Shown one piece after another: positions 41,441 to 50,653 of a stretch of DNA of 50,653 nt. The stretch's first letter is position 1; every line of letters starts with the position of its first letter. This stretch comes from a virus (Duplodnaviria; Caudoviricetes): IMG/VR virus record IMGVR_UViG_3300032322_001385, positions 1-50,653 of that record, one strand, 5' to 3'. The notes under the pieces are model-generated. The model had not been told where the DNA came from, made no database searches, and saw only the letters and a program-made list of their open reading frames with translations. The translations under genes and the position numbers were made by a program.

Positions 41441-43337
41441 AGAAACGCTGAAGGCGTTCTGGCGGACGCTGCGGCCCGACCCGCTGTTGACGGTGAGCGA
41501 GTGGGCGGATCAGCGGCGAGTGTTGAGCAGCAAGGCGAGCAGTGAGCACGGGCCGTGGAGAACGGCGCGAACCCCTTATCTCCGCAAGGCCATGGACGAC
41601 CTTTCGGCGACGAGCACGGTGCAGGAGGTGGTGCTGGTGTTCGGGGCGCAGATGGGAAAGAGCGAGATGCTGAACAACTGGATGGGCTACGTGATGGACA
41701 TCCAGCCCGGGCCAGCGCTGTTCGTGCAGCCGACGATCGACATGGCGAAGCGCTACTCGAAGATGCGCATCGCGCCGATGATCGAGGCAACGCCGAGCCT
41801 GCAGGAGAAGGTGAAGGCGCCGCGCGAGCGCGACTCGGGCAACACGCAGCTGATGAAGGAGTTCACCGGCGGCTTCCTGATCTTGGGCGGCGCCAATGCA
41901 GCGAGCGGGCTGGCGTCGATGCCGATCCGCTTCCTGGGCGGCGACGAGATCGACCGCTGGCCTGCGGACGTTGATGAGGAAGGCAGCCCCCTGGCGATTG
42001 TGAGCGCGCGGACGCGGACGTTCGGCGTGCGGAAGAAGCAGGCCTGGACGAGCACACCGACGCTGGCGGGGCGGAGTGCAATCTGGGGCAAGTGGGAGGA
42101 CAGCAACCAGCAGCGGCTGCTGTTGCCCTGTCCGCACTGCGGGCACCGGCAGATGATCGAGTGGGACCGGATCCGGTACGACCCGAAGGATCCGGGCCTG
42201 CCGAACACGCTGCGGCAGCCACCGGTGCTGATCTGCGAGGAGTGTGGCGTCGGGATCGAGGAAGACGCGAAGGCCTGGTGGTACGACCCGGATGTGTTTG
42301 ACGACGACTGGTGGGAACCGCTGTTCCCTGATCGCCAGGCGCAGGGGTACCACTGCTCTGCGCTCTACAGCCCGCTGGGTTGGTTCAGCTGGACTGATGC
42401 AGCGGTGGATCACGAGAAGGCGAAGGACAATCCGGCGGAGCTGAAACCGTGGACCAACACGGTGTTGGCCGAGTGCTGGAACGACGACGGCGAAGCGCCG
42501 GATTGGGAGGCGCTCTACAACCGGCGGGAGCTCTACGAGCTGGGCACGGTGCCTGAGCAGGTGGCGTTCATCACCTGCGGGGTGGACGTGCAGATGGATC
42601 GCCTCGAACTGGAGGTGGTGGGCTGGGGCCCTGGGATGGAGAGCTGGAGCCTGGATTATCAGGTGCTGGCGGGCGACACGGCGCAGCCGGCAGTGTGGCG
42701 CGAGCTGACGAAGTTCGTGCGGTCGGAGTTCGGCCGCGGCGATGGGCAGCGGCTGCCGATCAGGATGACGGCGATCGACTCGGGATTCAGGAGCCAGGAG
42801 GTCTACCGGTGGGTGCGTGGCCAGGCCGGTAACCGTGTGATTGCGATCAAGGGCGGCGGCGACAGCCAGACCTCGATCATCGGCACACCGGGGCGGGTGG
42901 AGGTGCTGCGGAACGGCAAGGCGTTAAGAGGTGGCGTGAAAGTGTGGCCGGTGGGGGGCAGCACGGCGAAGAGCGAGCTCTATGGCTGGCTGCGGCGGCC
43001 GATGCCTGATGACGGTGACGGGCTGCCGCATGGCTGGTGCCACTTCCCGCAGTATGGCGAAGAGTGGTTCCGGCAGCTGTGCGCCGAGCGGCTGACGAAC
43101 ACGATCGACCGGCGGGGCTATAACCGGTTCGAGTGGATCAAGACGCGGCCGCGCAACGAGGCGCTCGACTGCAGGGTGTATGCGCGGGCGGCAGCAGCGC
43201 TGGTTGGCGCTGATCGGTGGAGCGATGAGCGGTGGGATGAGGAGCGAAGCGGTAGTGCGGTGCGTGACGTGCCACGACCTGCGCAGGTGCAGGATGACAG
43301 CGCGCCAGCGCCATCAGGGGGAAGCTTCTGGGACTGA
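41421..43337 (+). CDS. terL: Terminase large subunit, lambda gpA family
   Basis: LTVSEWAD, RTPYL, GAQMGKSE, DEIDRW, STPT, CPHCG, GVDVQMDRLE, RNEALDCRVYA. Confidence 0.97.
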   Translation: MQLASAEETLKAFWRTLRPDPLLTVSEWADQRRVLSSKASSEHGPWRTARTPYLRKAMDDLSATSTVQEVVLVFGAQMGKSEMLNNWMGYVMDIQPGPALFVQPTIDMAKRYSKMRIAPMIEATPSLQEKVKAPRERDSGNTQLMKEFTGGFLILGGANAASGLASMPIRFLGGDEIDRWPADVDEEGSPLAIVSARTRTFGVRKKQAWTSTPTLAGRSAIWGKWEDSNQQRLLLPCPHCGHRQMIEWDRIRYDPKDPGLPNTLRQPPVLICEECGVGIEEDAKAWWYDPDVFDDDWWEPLFPDRQAQGYHCSALYSPLGWFSWTDAAVDHEKAKDNPAELKPWTNTVLAECWNDDGEAPDWEALYNRRELYELGTVPEQVAFITCGVDVQMDRLELEVVGWGPGMESWSLDYQVLAGDTAQPAVWRELTKFVRSEFGRGDGQRLPIRMTAIDSGFRSQEVYRWVRGQAGNRVIAIKGGGDSQTSIIGTPGRVEVLRNGKALRGGVKVWPVGGSTAKSELYGWLRRPMPDDGDGLPHGWCHFPQYGEEWFRQLCAERLTNTIDRRGYNRFEWIKTRPRNEALDCRVYARAAAALVGADRWSDERWDEERSGSAVRDVPRPAQVQDDSAPAPSGGSFWD

Positions 43338-43365
43338 GTAGCATGACCACGAGGAGGTGGCCGGA

Positions 43366-43575
43366 ATGAGCACGTTTACGCAGGCGCATCTGGCGGCCAT
43401 CGAGGAAGCGATCGCCGGCGGCTACCTGGAGGTCAGGTACGACGACAAGGTGGTGCGCTACCAGTCGATGAGCGACCTGATGAGGGCGCGGAATCTGATC
43501 GCCAGCAGCCTGGCGGCCGCCACCGCGCCGGTCGTGCGGATCGACTACCCGGCCGTGGTGCGGGACTACGAATGA
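43366..43575 (+). CDS. Head-to-tail joining protein gpW-like
   Basis: FTQAHLAAIEEAIAGG.LEVRYDDKVVRYQSMSDL; GAGGAGG RBS; between TerL and portal. Confidence 0.9.
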   Translation: MSTFTQAHLAAIEEAIAGGYLEVRYDDKVVRYQSMSDLMRARNLIASSLAAATAPVVRIDYPAVVRDYE

Positions 43576-45125
43576 ACCCATTTGAGCAGCTGCTGGCCGC
43601 TATCTCCCCGCGCGCGGCGCTAAAGCGTCACGCGGCGCGAGTCCAGCTGGACCAGATGCGCCGGTATGACGCGGCGGCGCGCGGCCGGCGGACTGATGCG
43701 TGGGTGACGCAGGGCAGCAGCGCTGATGCAGCGAGCGCGCGTGGGTTCGGCATTCAGCGTGATCGTGCACGCGACCTGGTGCGCAACAACCCCTATGCCA
43801 AGAAGGCGATCGAGTCGTGGGTGAGCAACCTGATCGGCGCGGGGTGGAGCTTCAAGGCGAAGCAGAGCCGGCGCAACGGTCGCCAGGGCGAGCGCGTCAC
43901 GGAGGTGATGCGGGCGTGGATGGCCGACCCGAAGCAGTGCGACTACAACGGCCTGCTGAGCTTTGACGGCTTGATGGCCCAGGCGGTGCGCTGCTGGAAG
44001 GAGTCTGGCGAGGTGCTGATCCGGATGCGGACGCCGAGCGAGGCGAAGATGCGCGGGCTGAAGCTGGTGGTGCCGCTGCAGCTGCAGGTGCTGGAAGGCG
44101 ACTGGATCGACGAGACGCACGACACCCCAGGGGTGACCGGCAATGGCTGGACGAAGCGCGGGATCGTCTATGACGACGAGGGCCAGCGGGAGAGCATCTG
44201 GCTTTACAACTACCACCCAGGTGAGTCTGCGGTGCAGGCGACGAGCATCGTGAGCAACACGGTGCCGGCGGAGCAGATCATTCACTTATTCACGCCAGAG
44301 CGGCCCGGGATGACGCGGGGCGTCAGTTGCCTGGCGCCGGTAATGATCAGGCTGCGAGACCTGGGCGATCTGCTCGACGCCCGGCTGATGAAGGAGAAAG
44401 TCGCGGCCTGCTTGGCAGCGGCGGTGGTGGACCTGGATGGCACGAGCGACCAGAAGAGCACGATCGGCGATCGGATCGAGCCGGGCGGGATTGTGCGGCT
44501 GGGCCCCGGCCAGGACATCAGGACGATCAACCCGCCGGCTGCGGGTGAGATCGACCGAGTGATCAAGACCTACCTGTTGGAGATCGCGGCGGGGATCGGC
44601 ATCACCTACGAGGAGCTGACGGGCGACTATTCGGGCGGCAGCTTCACCCAGGGCCGGATGGGCTGGATCGGGTTCCAGCGGCGACTGCAGAGCGACACGT
44701 GGCAGATCTTGGCGCCGATGGCGTTCGACCGGATCGCGGGCTGGGCGTTCAACGCCATGAGCGCGGCGGGGATCCCCACCGATGGGCTGAGCGCCGATTG
44801 GACACCGCCGCGTCGTGAGCTGTTCGACCCCCAGAGCGAGACGAACAGCACGATCTCGCGGGTACGTGCCGGCCTGCTGCCGCCGCAGGAAGCAATCCGC
44901 GCTGATGGGTATGAGCCCGACGAAGTGATCAGGCTGATCGTGGAATGGAACAAGCTGCTCGATGCGGCCGGCATTGTGCTCGACACCGATCCTCGGAAGG
45001 TGTCGGCGGCTGGTCTGACGCAAGCCAGGCCGATTGGATCAACCATGCCACCGGTAGGCGAACCACCGGCTGAAGCCGAGCAACCGCCGGCCCCTGCGGC
45101 GCCAAGGCCCGCTCCTGCCGGCTGA
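43572..45125 (+). CDS. Portal protein, lambda family
   Basis: RYDAA, RARDLVRNNPYA, RPGMTRGVS, GITYEELTGDYS. Confidence 0.97.
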   Translation: MNPFEQLLAAISPRAALKRHAARVQLDQMRRYDAAARGRRTDAWVTQGSSADAASARGFGIQRDRARDLVRNNPYAKKAIESWVSNLIGAGWSFKAKQSRRNGRQGERVTEVMRAWMADPKQCDYNGLLSFDGLMAQAVRCWKESGEVLIRMRTPSEAKMRGLKLVVPLQLQVLEGDWIDETHDTPGVTGNGWTKRGIVYDDEGQRESIWLYNYHPGESAVQATSIVSNTVPAEQIIHLFTPERPGMTRGVSCLAPVMIRLRDLGDLLDARLMKEKVAACLAAAVVDLDGTSDQKSTIGDRIEPGGIVRLGPGQDIRTINPPAAGEIDRVIKTYLLEIAAGIGITYEELTGDYSGGSFTQGRMGWIGFQRRLQSDTWQILAPMAFDRIAGWAFNAMSAAGIPTDGLSADWTPPRRELFDPQSETNSTISRVRAGLLPPQEAIRADGYEPDEVIRLIVEWNKLLDAAGIVLDTDPRKVSAAGLTQARPIGSTMPPVGEPPAEAEQPPAPAAPRPAPAG

Positions 45126-45149
45126 CCTTAGAATCGTGACGATGAAGGA

Positions 45150-47045
45150 GTGCACATGAGCGACGGTCTCCTACAGACCAGGGCAATGTTTGCCCCCGAG
45201 ACGATCAACGTCGAGGAGCGAACTGTTGAGCTGGTCTGGTCGACCGGCGCCCAGGTGCGGCGCGCCAGCTGGTCGCGCGGCGACTACATCGAAGAGCTAA
45301 GCATGGCGCCCGGCGCTGTGCGCATGGAGCGTCTGAACAAAGGCGCACCGCTGCTCGATGCGCACGACTCCTTTTCGCTGCGCAGCCAGATCGGCGTGGT
45401 GCAGCGAGCATGGCTGGATGGCAACGAGGGCCGCGCCCTGGTGAAGTTCAGCCGGCGTGATGACGTGGAGAGCATCTTCCAGGATGTAATCGACGGCATC
45501 TACCGCAACGTGTCTGTGGGCTACAAGGTCCACAAGACCGAGCGTGATGAGACTGGCGCAGTGCCGGTTGAGCGCGCAGTGGACTGGGAGCCTTACGAAC
45601 TCTCGCTGGTCCCGATCCCGGCTGATGCCGGAGCCCAGGTGCGTTCTGAGGAACCGCCTGCAACCCAACCTTCCGAACAGGAACGATCCATGACCCTTCC
45701 CGAGAATGGGGTGCAGGCTCCCGAGCCCACCCAAGAAAACCAAACCCGAGCTGATCTCAGCATGGCTGTTTCGGTGGTGAATGCCGACGAGGTGCGCGCT
45801 GAAGAGCGCCGCCGCGCCGCCGGGATCCTCGACGCTGCCAGCAAGCTGCAGGTGAGCGACGAGCTGGCGCACAAGCTGATCGCTGACGGCGTGGCGCTTG
45901 ATGACGCCCGCATGGCGCTGATCGACGCACGCTCAACTGAAGAGCGCAAGACCCCGGCCCATAGCCGCGTGGAGGTGACTCAGGATCACGGCGAGAAGCG
46001 CGCCGCGGCCAAGCTGGATTACCTGAAGGTACGCGCCAACCTGGCCAGCCTTGATGACACTCCTGGCGCTCGCGAGTATCGCGGCACCACGCTGCTGGAC
46101 ATGGCCCGCGAGTCGCTGGACATGGCCGGCATTAACTGCCGCGGCATGGACAAGAGCGAGATCGCAGTGCGTGCTCTGCACAGCACCAGCGACTTCCCGC
46201 TGCTGATGGCGAGCATCCAGCGCGTGACGCTGAAAGCTGCCTACGGCGAAGAGGTGCAGACCTGGCGGCCCTTAGCGGAGCAGCGCAACCTGCCCGACTT
46301 CCGCGAGATGAAGGAGATCGAAGTAGGCGGCCAGATGCTGCCTGAAGAGATCAAGGAAGGCGGCGAGTACAAGACCGGCACGCTGCAGGAGCAACAGGGC
46401 GCCTGGAGCCTCACCGAGTACGGCAAGAAGCTGGTGATTGGCCGCCGGCTGATCATCAACGACAACCTGGGTTACATCACTCGCGCTGTGCAGGTGCTGG
46501 CCCGTGGCGTCTCGGTGCTTGAAGCCAACCTGATGTGGGGTCTGATCACCGGCAACGCCAAGTGCATGAGCGACGGCGCAGTGCTGTTCAGCTCTGGGCA
46601 CAAGAACATTGGCACCGGCGTGATCGGCGAGACGTCGATCTCGGAAGCGCGTCAGAAGATGCGCAACCAGACGGACTTCACCGGCAAGAATCCGCTCTAC
46701 GTGGTGCCGCAATACATCCTGCTGCCGACCACGCTGGAGACGGCGTTCGACAAGTTCAACGCGACGATCACTCCTGCTCAGACCACCAACGTCAACATCT
46801 TCTCGGGCTACCTGCAGAAGATCGTTGAGCCCCGGCTGGACGTGAGCAGCACTGCGCAGTTCTACATCGTGGGCAACTACCCCGGCGTGGACAAGCTGGT
46901 GTACGGCTATCTGGAAGGCGAAGCAGGGCCCACCATCGAGAGCGAGATCAAGCGCGACCCTGATGGCATCACGACTTACCTGCGGCATGACTTTGGCTGC
47001 ATGGTGAGCCAGCACCAGGCGTTCTACCGCTCCACCGGCGCCTGA
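45150..47045 (+). CDS. Prohead protease / major capsid protein fusion
   Basis: APLLDAH, NVSVGY, WEPYELSLVPIPAD protease; HSTSDFPLL, EGGEYK, IINDNLG, YGYLEGE capsid. Confidence 0.95.
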   Translation: MHMSDGLLQTRAMFAPETINVEERTVELVWSTGAQVRRASWSRGDYIEELSMAPGAVRMERLNKGAPLLDAHDSFSLRSQIGVVQRAWLDGNEGRALVKFSRRDDVESIFQDVIDGIYRNVSVGYKVHKTERDETGAVPVERAVDWEPYELSLVPIPADAGAQVRSEEPPATQPSEQERSMTLPENGVQAPEPTQENQTRADLSMAVSVVNADEVRAEERRRAAGILDAASKLQVSDELAHKLIADGVALDDARMALIDARSTEERKTPAHSRVEVTQDHGEKRAAAKLDYLKVRANLASLDDTPGAREYRGTTLLDMARESLDMAGINCRGMDKSEIAVRALHSTSDFPLLMASIQRVTLKAAYGEEVQTWRPLAEQRNLPDFREMKEIEVGGQMLPEEIKEGGEYKTGTLQEQQGAWSLTEYGKKLVIGRRLIINDNLGYITRAVQVLARGVSVLEANLMWGLITGNAKCMSDGAVLFSSGHKNIGTGVIGETSISEARQKMRNQTDFTGKNPLYVVPQYILLPTTLETAFDKFNATITPAQTTNVNIFSGYLQKIVEPRLDVSSTAQFYIVGNYPGVDKLVYGYLEGEAGPTIESEIKRDPDGITTYLRHDFGCMVSQHQAFYRSTGA

Positions 47046-47085
47046 TCGCGCTGACGATTCCAACTAATCATCTGAGGATTGATCC

Positions 47086-47412
47086 ATGAAGAACTTCGTT
47101 CAGACCGGGCACTACGTGGAGGTGACGCTCCCGTACGCCCGCCTGTCAGGTGAAGGCGTACTGGTCGGCCAACTGTTCGGCGTGTGTGTGGTGGACGGCG
47201 CCCTTGGCGCTGTCATCAACGTTCACCGAGAGGGCGTGTATGACCTGACTGCCGCCACTGGCGCCGGCACTGATGCCACGGCCTGGGCTATCGCCTACTG
47301 GGACAACACCAACCGGCGCGTGACACCTGTGGCGACGAGCAACACCCGGATCGGGCTGTTTGCCGCGGCCAAGGCCACCGCTGATGCAGTGGCCCGTGTG
47401 GCGCTCGACTAA
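47086..47412 (+). CDS. Capsid cement/decoration protein (DUF2190-like)
   Basis: MKNFVQTG...SGEGVLVGQLFGV...GVYDL...AYWDNTN. Confidence 0.9.
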   Translation: MKNFVQTGHYVEVTLPYARLSGEGVLVGQLFGVCVVDGALGAVINVHREGVYDLTAATGAGTDATAWAIAYWDNTNRRVTPVATSNTRIGLFAAAKATADAVARVALD

Positions 47413-47804
47413 TGAGACCTGACCTGGCGGGCATTGCTCTCCGGGCGGTGGTGAAGGTGATGGGGGAGCGATCCCCTATCACCTACCGCCGAGGAGCTGC
47501 TGTCTACCAGGTGGGCGGCGTGTTTCAGGCGAGCCATGTTGGGCTTGATCCTGAGAGCGGGATTCAGGTGCGATCAACGCAGCCGGTGCTGCTGATTGAT
47601 GGGCGTGACCTGGCGGTTACTCCGAAGCCGGGTGACGAGCTGGAAGTGCGCGACGGCCTATTCAAGGTGCGTGATGCGCAGTCTGATGGGCACAGCGGGT
47701 GGCTGCTGATGCTGCATCGCCTGCCGTCCGCAGCTGAAACGATTGGGATGATCTACGGCAACACAGTCATCCGGGCGAACACGATGATCACGGCGGGAAC
47801 ATGA
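47412..47804 (+). CDS. Head-tail joining/closure protein (FII-like)
   Basis: ITYRRG...GVF...QPVL...PKPGDELEV..FKVRDAQSDGHSG..LML. Confidence 0.75.
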   Translation: MRPDLAGIALRAVVKVMGERSPITYRRGAAVYQVGGVFQASHVGLDPESGIQVRSTQPVLLIDGRDLAVTPKPGDELEVRDGLFKVRDAQSDGHSGWLLMLHRLPSAAETIGMIYGNTVIRANTMITAGT

Positions 47805-48217
47805 CGACGATTCCGGCTTTACCGTTTAGTGGGCAGCAGCTGCGGGACACGCTTGCAGCGCTGGATGCTGCGATTGATGAAATCGCTCTGACGCCCGGCG
47901 ATGATGGCCGTGAGGTGCAGCTGCAGGCCAACTCGACGCACATCCAGTGGCGTTACGTCGGGGATGCAGCATGGACCGATCTGCTGCCGCTGAGCGCGAT
48001 TACAGGCCCGCCCGGTGGGCCCACGATCGTCTATGTGCACACGCAATCCACACCATCGACGACATGGACGATCAACCACAACCTTGGTTATCGCCCCAGC
48101 GTCGAGCTGCTTAACAGTGGAATGCAAGAGATCGACGCAGAGATCGCGCATCCAAGCGTGAATCAAGTCGTCGTTACACTTAATCCAGCAACTGCGGGTC
48201 TTGCCCGCCTGATCTGA
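47801..48217 (+). CDS. Virion fibre/decoration-like protein
   Basis: DGREVQLQANSTHIQWRYVG and YVHTQSTPSTTWTINHNLGYRPSV modules. Confidence 0.65.
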   Translation: MTTIPALPFSGQQLRDTLAALDAAIDEIALTPGDDGREVQLQANSTHIQWRYVGDAAWTDLLPLSAITGPPGGPTIVYVHTQSTPSTTWTINHNLGYRPSVELLNSGMQEIDAEIAHPSVNQVVVTLNPATAGLARLI

Positions 48218-48224
48218 GGAACCC

Positions 48225-49016
48225 ATGGCCCGCAACATTTTCACCGACTTCGACTTCCAGGGGACATCCAAGGTCACTGGCCTGCCTGCGCCGACGGCGA
48301 GCGGTGATGCAGCGAACAAAGGCTATGTGGACTCGGCGGTTGAAGGCCTGGCGTGGAAGGACAGCTGCCGCGTTGCGACGCAGGCGAACCTGAACCTGGC
48401 CAGCCCTGGCGCGACGATCGACGCCATCACGATGGCGAGCGGTGATCGGGTTCTGGTGCGTGCGCAGACCGCAGGCGCTGAGAACGGCATCTACATCTGG
48501 AACGGCGCCGCGTCGGCGATGACCCGGGCGCTTGATGCCAACACCTTCCCCGAACTGGAGCAGGCCACCACCACGGCGGAAGAAGGCACCAGCGCCGGTG
48601 TGACGTATCGCCAAACAGCGGTGAATGGCACGCTGGGCAGCACGGCGGTGAGCTGGACGGTGATGGGCACCAGCGCCCCGACGGCGAGCACGACGCAGTC
48701 CGGCATCATGCGCCTGGCAACGCAGGCCGAGGTTGATGCTGGCACTGCCGCCGACCTGGCAGTTTCCCCGCAGACGCTGGCGGGCTGGTCTGGGCGGATG
48801 CGGAAGTTCTCTGCGAACGTGGGCGATGGCAGCGCCACCAGCTACACGGTCACGCACAACCTCAACACCCGTGACGCGCTGGTGCGGGTCTTCCCTAACT
48901 CGGGGCAGTTTGATGATGTGGAAGTGGACGTGCAGCGCACCAGCGTGAATGCGGTGACGGTGATCTTTGCGACGGCTCCTGCGGCTAACGCGTTCCGTGT
49001 GGTGGTGATGGGCTGA
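48225..49016 (+). CDS. Fibre-like structural protein
   Basis: DAANKGYVDS, CRVAT..N, GDRVLVRAQT..AENGIY, GIMRLATQAEV, VTHNLNT. Confidence 0.75.
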   Translation: MARNIFTDFDFQGTSKVTGLPAPTASGDAANKGYVDSAVEGLAWKDSCRVATQANLNLASPGATIDAITMASGDRVLVRAQTAGAENGIYIWNGAASAMTRALDANTFPELEQATTTAEEGTSAGVTYRQTAVNGTLGSTAVSWTVMGTSAPTASTTQSGIMRLATQAEVDAGTAADLAVSPQTLAGWSGRMRKFSANVGDGSATSYTVTHNLNTRDALVRVFPNSGQFDDVEVDVQRTSVNAVTVIFATAPAANAFRVVVMG

Positions 49017-49522
49017 TGGCAAGAGAGTTCCTGACTGATGTAGACCTGAAGGCGAGGTTGCTGCTCGGCGGCTCAGCCGGCATTGCAGGGCAGCAGCCAA
49101 TCAGTCAGGGCCCCGGACAGCCTGCGGCGTGGGGCACCCCGACGATCGGCGACGGCATGATCCTGGTGATCAGCAACCGTGGCGAAACCGCGACTGCTGG
49201 CACTAACTATGCGGAGGTGCCGGTGCCAGTGCCGTCAGGCAACTTCACTCTGGTGGCAGTGCGGTTCGGCTGCCACATCGACACGACTGGCAGCAGCAGC
49301 ACGACGTTTAACGCCTATCGCCGCACGGCAGCGGGCGTGAAGACGAGCGTGCTGACGGGCAACGCCACGTTGGTATCAGGCGCGAGCCTGATTGATGTGT
49401 CGGCCAACATTACCGGCGGAACATTCACCGCTGGTGATCGTATCGGCGTCGATCTGGTTGGCCTGGGCACTGGTGCCCAGGGCCTGTTCGCTCAATTTCT
49501 GTTCACCCGTTCTGCAGTCTGA
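49016..49522 (+). CDS. Beta-rich structural protein
   Basis: Coupled ORF; FTAGDRIGVDLVGLGTGAQGL C-terminus. Confidence 0.65.
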   Translation: MAREFLTDVDLKARLLLGGSAGIAGQQPISQGPGQPAAWGTPTIGDGMILVISNRGETATAGTNYAEVPVPVPSGNFTLVAVRFGCHIDTTGSSSTTFNAYRRTAAGVKTSVLTGNATLVSGASLIDVSANITGGTFTAGDRIGVDLVGLGTGAQGLFAQFLFTRSAV

Positions 49523-49524
49523 TC

Positions 49525-50139
49525 ATGGCCGACAACATCAAGACCAATCCCGAAACCGGCATCCGGTATTACGAAGAGCAAGGTCCGCTTGAGGGCCAGA
49601 GCGTCGATCTGTTTGTGCCCATGAGGGGCGATGTGCCGACGAATCCAGGCGGCAGGCGGTGGCCGAATCTGTTCGGGCTGCCGTATGACGGTACGGACCT
49701 GAAGTTCTACCTGAAGGGTCAGTCGAAGGTGCGGGAGTACGACCCGAATATGTTCTTCGAGGAAGCGACATGGGGCCCGGTTGAGTACGCGAACCCGAAG
49801 GCGGGCGGCCCTGCGGGGACGTGGGAAGAGACGCTGGAGGTGAAGCGGCGGCCACTGGAAGAACTGCTGAATCAGGTGGAGGCGGCACGGCTACAGGCCA
49901 ATGCGCGGCTGTATCCGAGCAACGAGGATCCGATGCTGGGCGTGCTGCTCGCTGAGGCGATCCGGCGCGATCAGGAGGGCACCGCGACGCCGTTCATGAT
50001 CGCGCTGCTGCAGCGTCATCAGGCGCTAGTGCAGGCGGGGTTCCAGAATATGGAGCGTGCGGCGGAGCTGCGTACGCAGATCGAGGCAGGGCAGCCGTTT
50101 GACCTGAACGCAGGTTGGGTCACTGCGGTTTCGTCATGA
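49525..50139 (+). CDS. Hypothetical protein, possible fibre assembly chaperone
   Basis: 204-aa ORF in the late operon; helical C-terminus ending FDLNAGW. Confidence 0.6.
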   Translation: MADNIKTNPETGIRYYEEQGPLEGQSVDLFVPMRGDVPTNPGGRRWPNLFGLPYDGTDLKFYLKGQSKVREYDPNMFFEEATWGPVEYANPKAGGPAGTWEETLEVKRRPLEELLNQVEAARLQANARLYPSNEDPMLGVLLAEAIRRDQEGTATPFMIALLQRHQALVQAGFQNMERAAELRTQIEAGQPFDLNAGWVTAVSS

Positions 50140-50173
50140 CTGGAGACGCGGCCCGTATGCGGGAGGGAGCCGG

Positions 50174-50653
50174 ATGCTGATTGTTCCGAGGAGGAGAGTT
50201 GTGTCGTCCGACTACGACAGCGACGCCCAGGCGTATATCACTGCTGTTGAGACTGCCGACACGCAAGCGCTAGAAACTGGCGTAACGGATGCGATCAACG
50301 CCTTTGTGGTTGGCTGCAAGGCTGACGGAATCTGGGCCGCAATTAAGGCAAGCTGCATCCTATCCGGCGCCCGCACGTTGGCCGGCGCATTGGTGCCGCT
50401 GGTAGGTGGAGCGCCAACTAATTTTAGTTTTGTATCTGGCGACTACAACCGCAAGACGGGGCTGGTAGGTAACGGAACCACAAAATACTTGAGCAGCAAC
50501 AGAGCAAATAATGCCAATCCGCAGAACAGCAACCACAACGCGGTTTATGCCACAAGCATCAGCGCCACTAGCGGAACATTCATCGCCGCAGAGGGCACGA
50601 TTGCAGGAACCAATTTCATAGGCGGCGGGCAAGCTGCTCCAATTTTTACCAGA
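50174..50653 (+). CDS. 5' part of the 259-aa protein that wraps to position 423 (MLIVPRRRVVSSDYDSDAQAYITAVETAD...)
   Basis: GGGAGGGAG RBS, ATG 50174, frame open to the window end and in frame with 1-423. Confidence 0.75.
   Translation, partial: MLIVPRRRVVSSDYDSDAQAYITAVETADTQALETGVTDAINAFVVGCKADGIWAAIKASCILSGARTLAGALVPLVGGAPTNFSFVSGDYNRKTGLVGNGTTKYLSSNRANNANPQNSNHNAVYATSISATSGTFIAAEGTIAGTNFIGGGQAAPIFTR
50531..50653. repeat. Terminal direct repeat, right copy
   Basis: Identical to 1-123. Confidence 0.97.

Noticed and set aside
13410-43420. HIP1 (GCGATCGC) octamers as a cyanobacterial host signature
   Set aside because: I noticed only a handful of copies, and enrichment in GC-rich DNA cannot be judged without a count against a Markov background.

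Overview
The window is a complete, circularly permuted temperate phage genome of about 50,530 bp. Positions 1-123 repeat exactly at 50531-50653 and one gene reads through the join. It is GC-rich and combines a lambda-type head and packaging module (TerS, gpA-type TerL, gpW, portal, protease-capsid fusion, cos-like site near 36.9 kb) with a P2-like contractile tail (gpV, PAAR, W, J, I, sheath, tube, E/E', tape measure, U, X, D). It also carries a lysis cassette, a tyrosine integrase next to an attP made of the 3' half of a tRNA-Lys(UUU), a leftward early operon (RecE/RecT, two SSB-like genes, an MTase, many small ORFs) and a rightward replication operon (SF2 helicase, VRR-NUC, primase-polymerase/VapE). 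Several accessory genes resemble those of freshwater picocyanobacterial phages. The strongest leads are four: (i) a ParB, cupin, PAPS-reductase-like, ParB, degenerate PRTase, degenerate QueE-like operon between cos and terS, a candidate DNA-modification system; (ii) an attP whose tRNA half looks alphaproteobacterial rather than cyanobacterial; (iii) a circularly permuted M23 peptidase fused to the baseplate hub protein gpD; (iv) no recognisable CI repressor, but RpaB/HLR1-like direct repeats at the early promoters. All family assignments come from reading motifs by eye and recalling the families. No database search was run.
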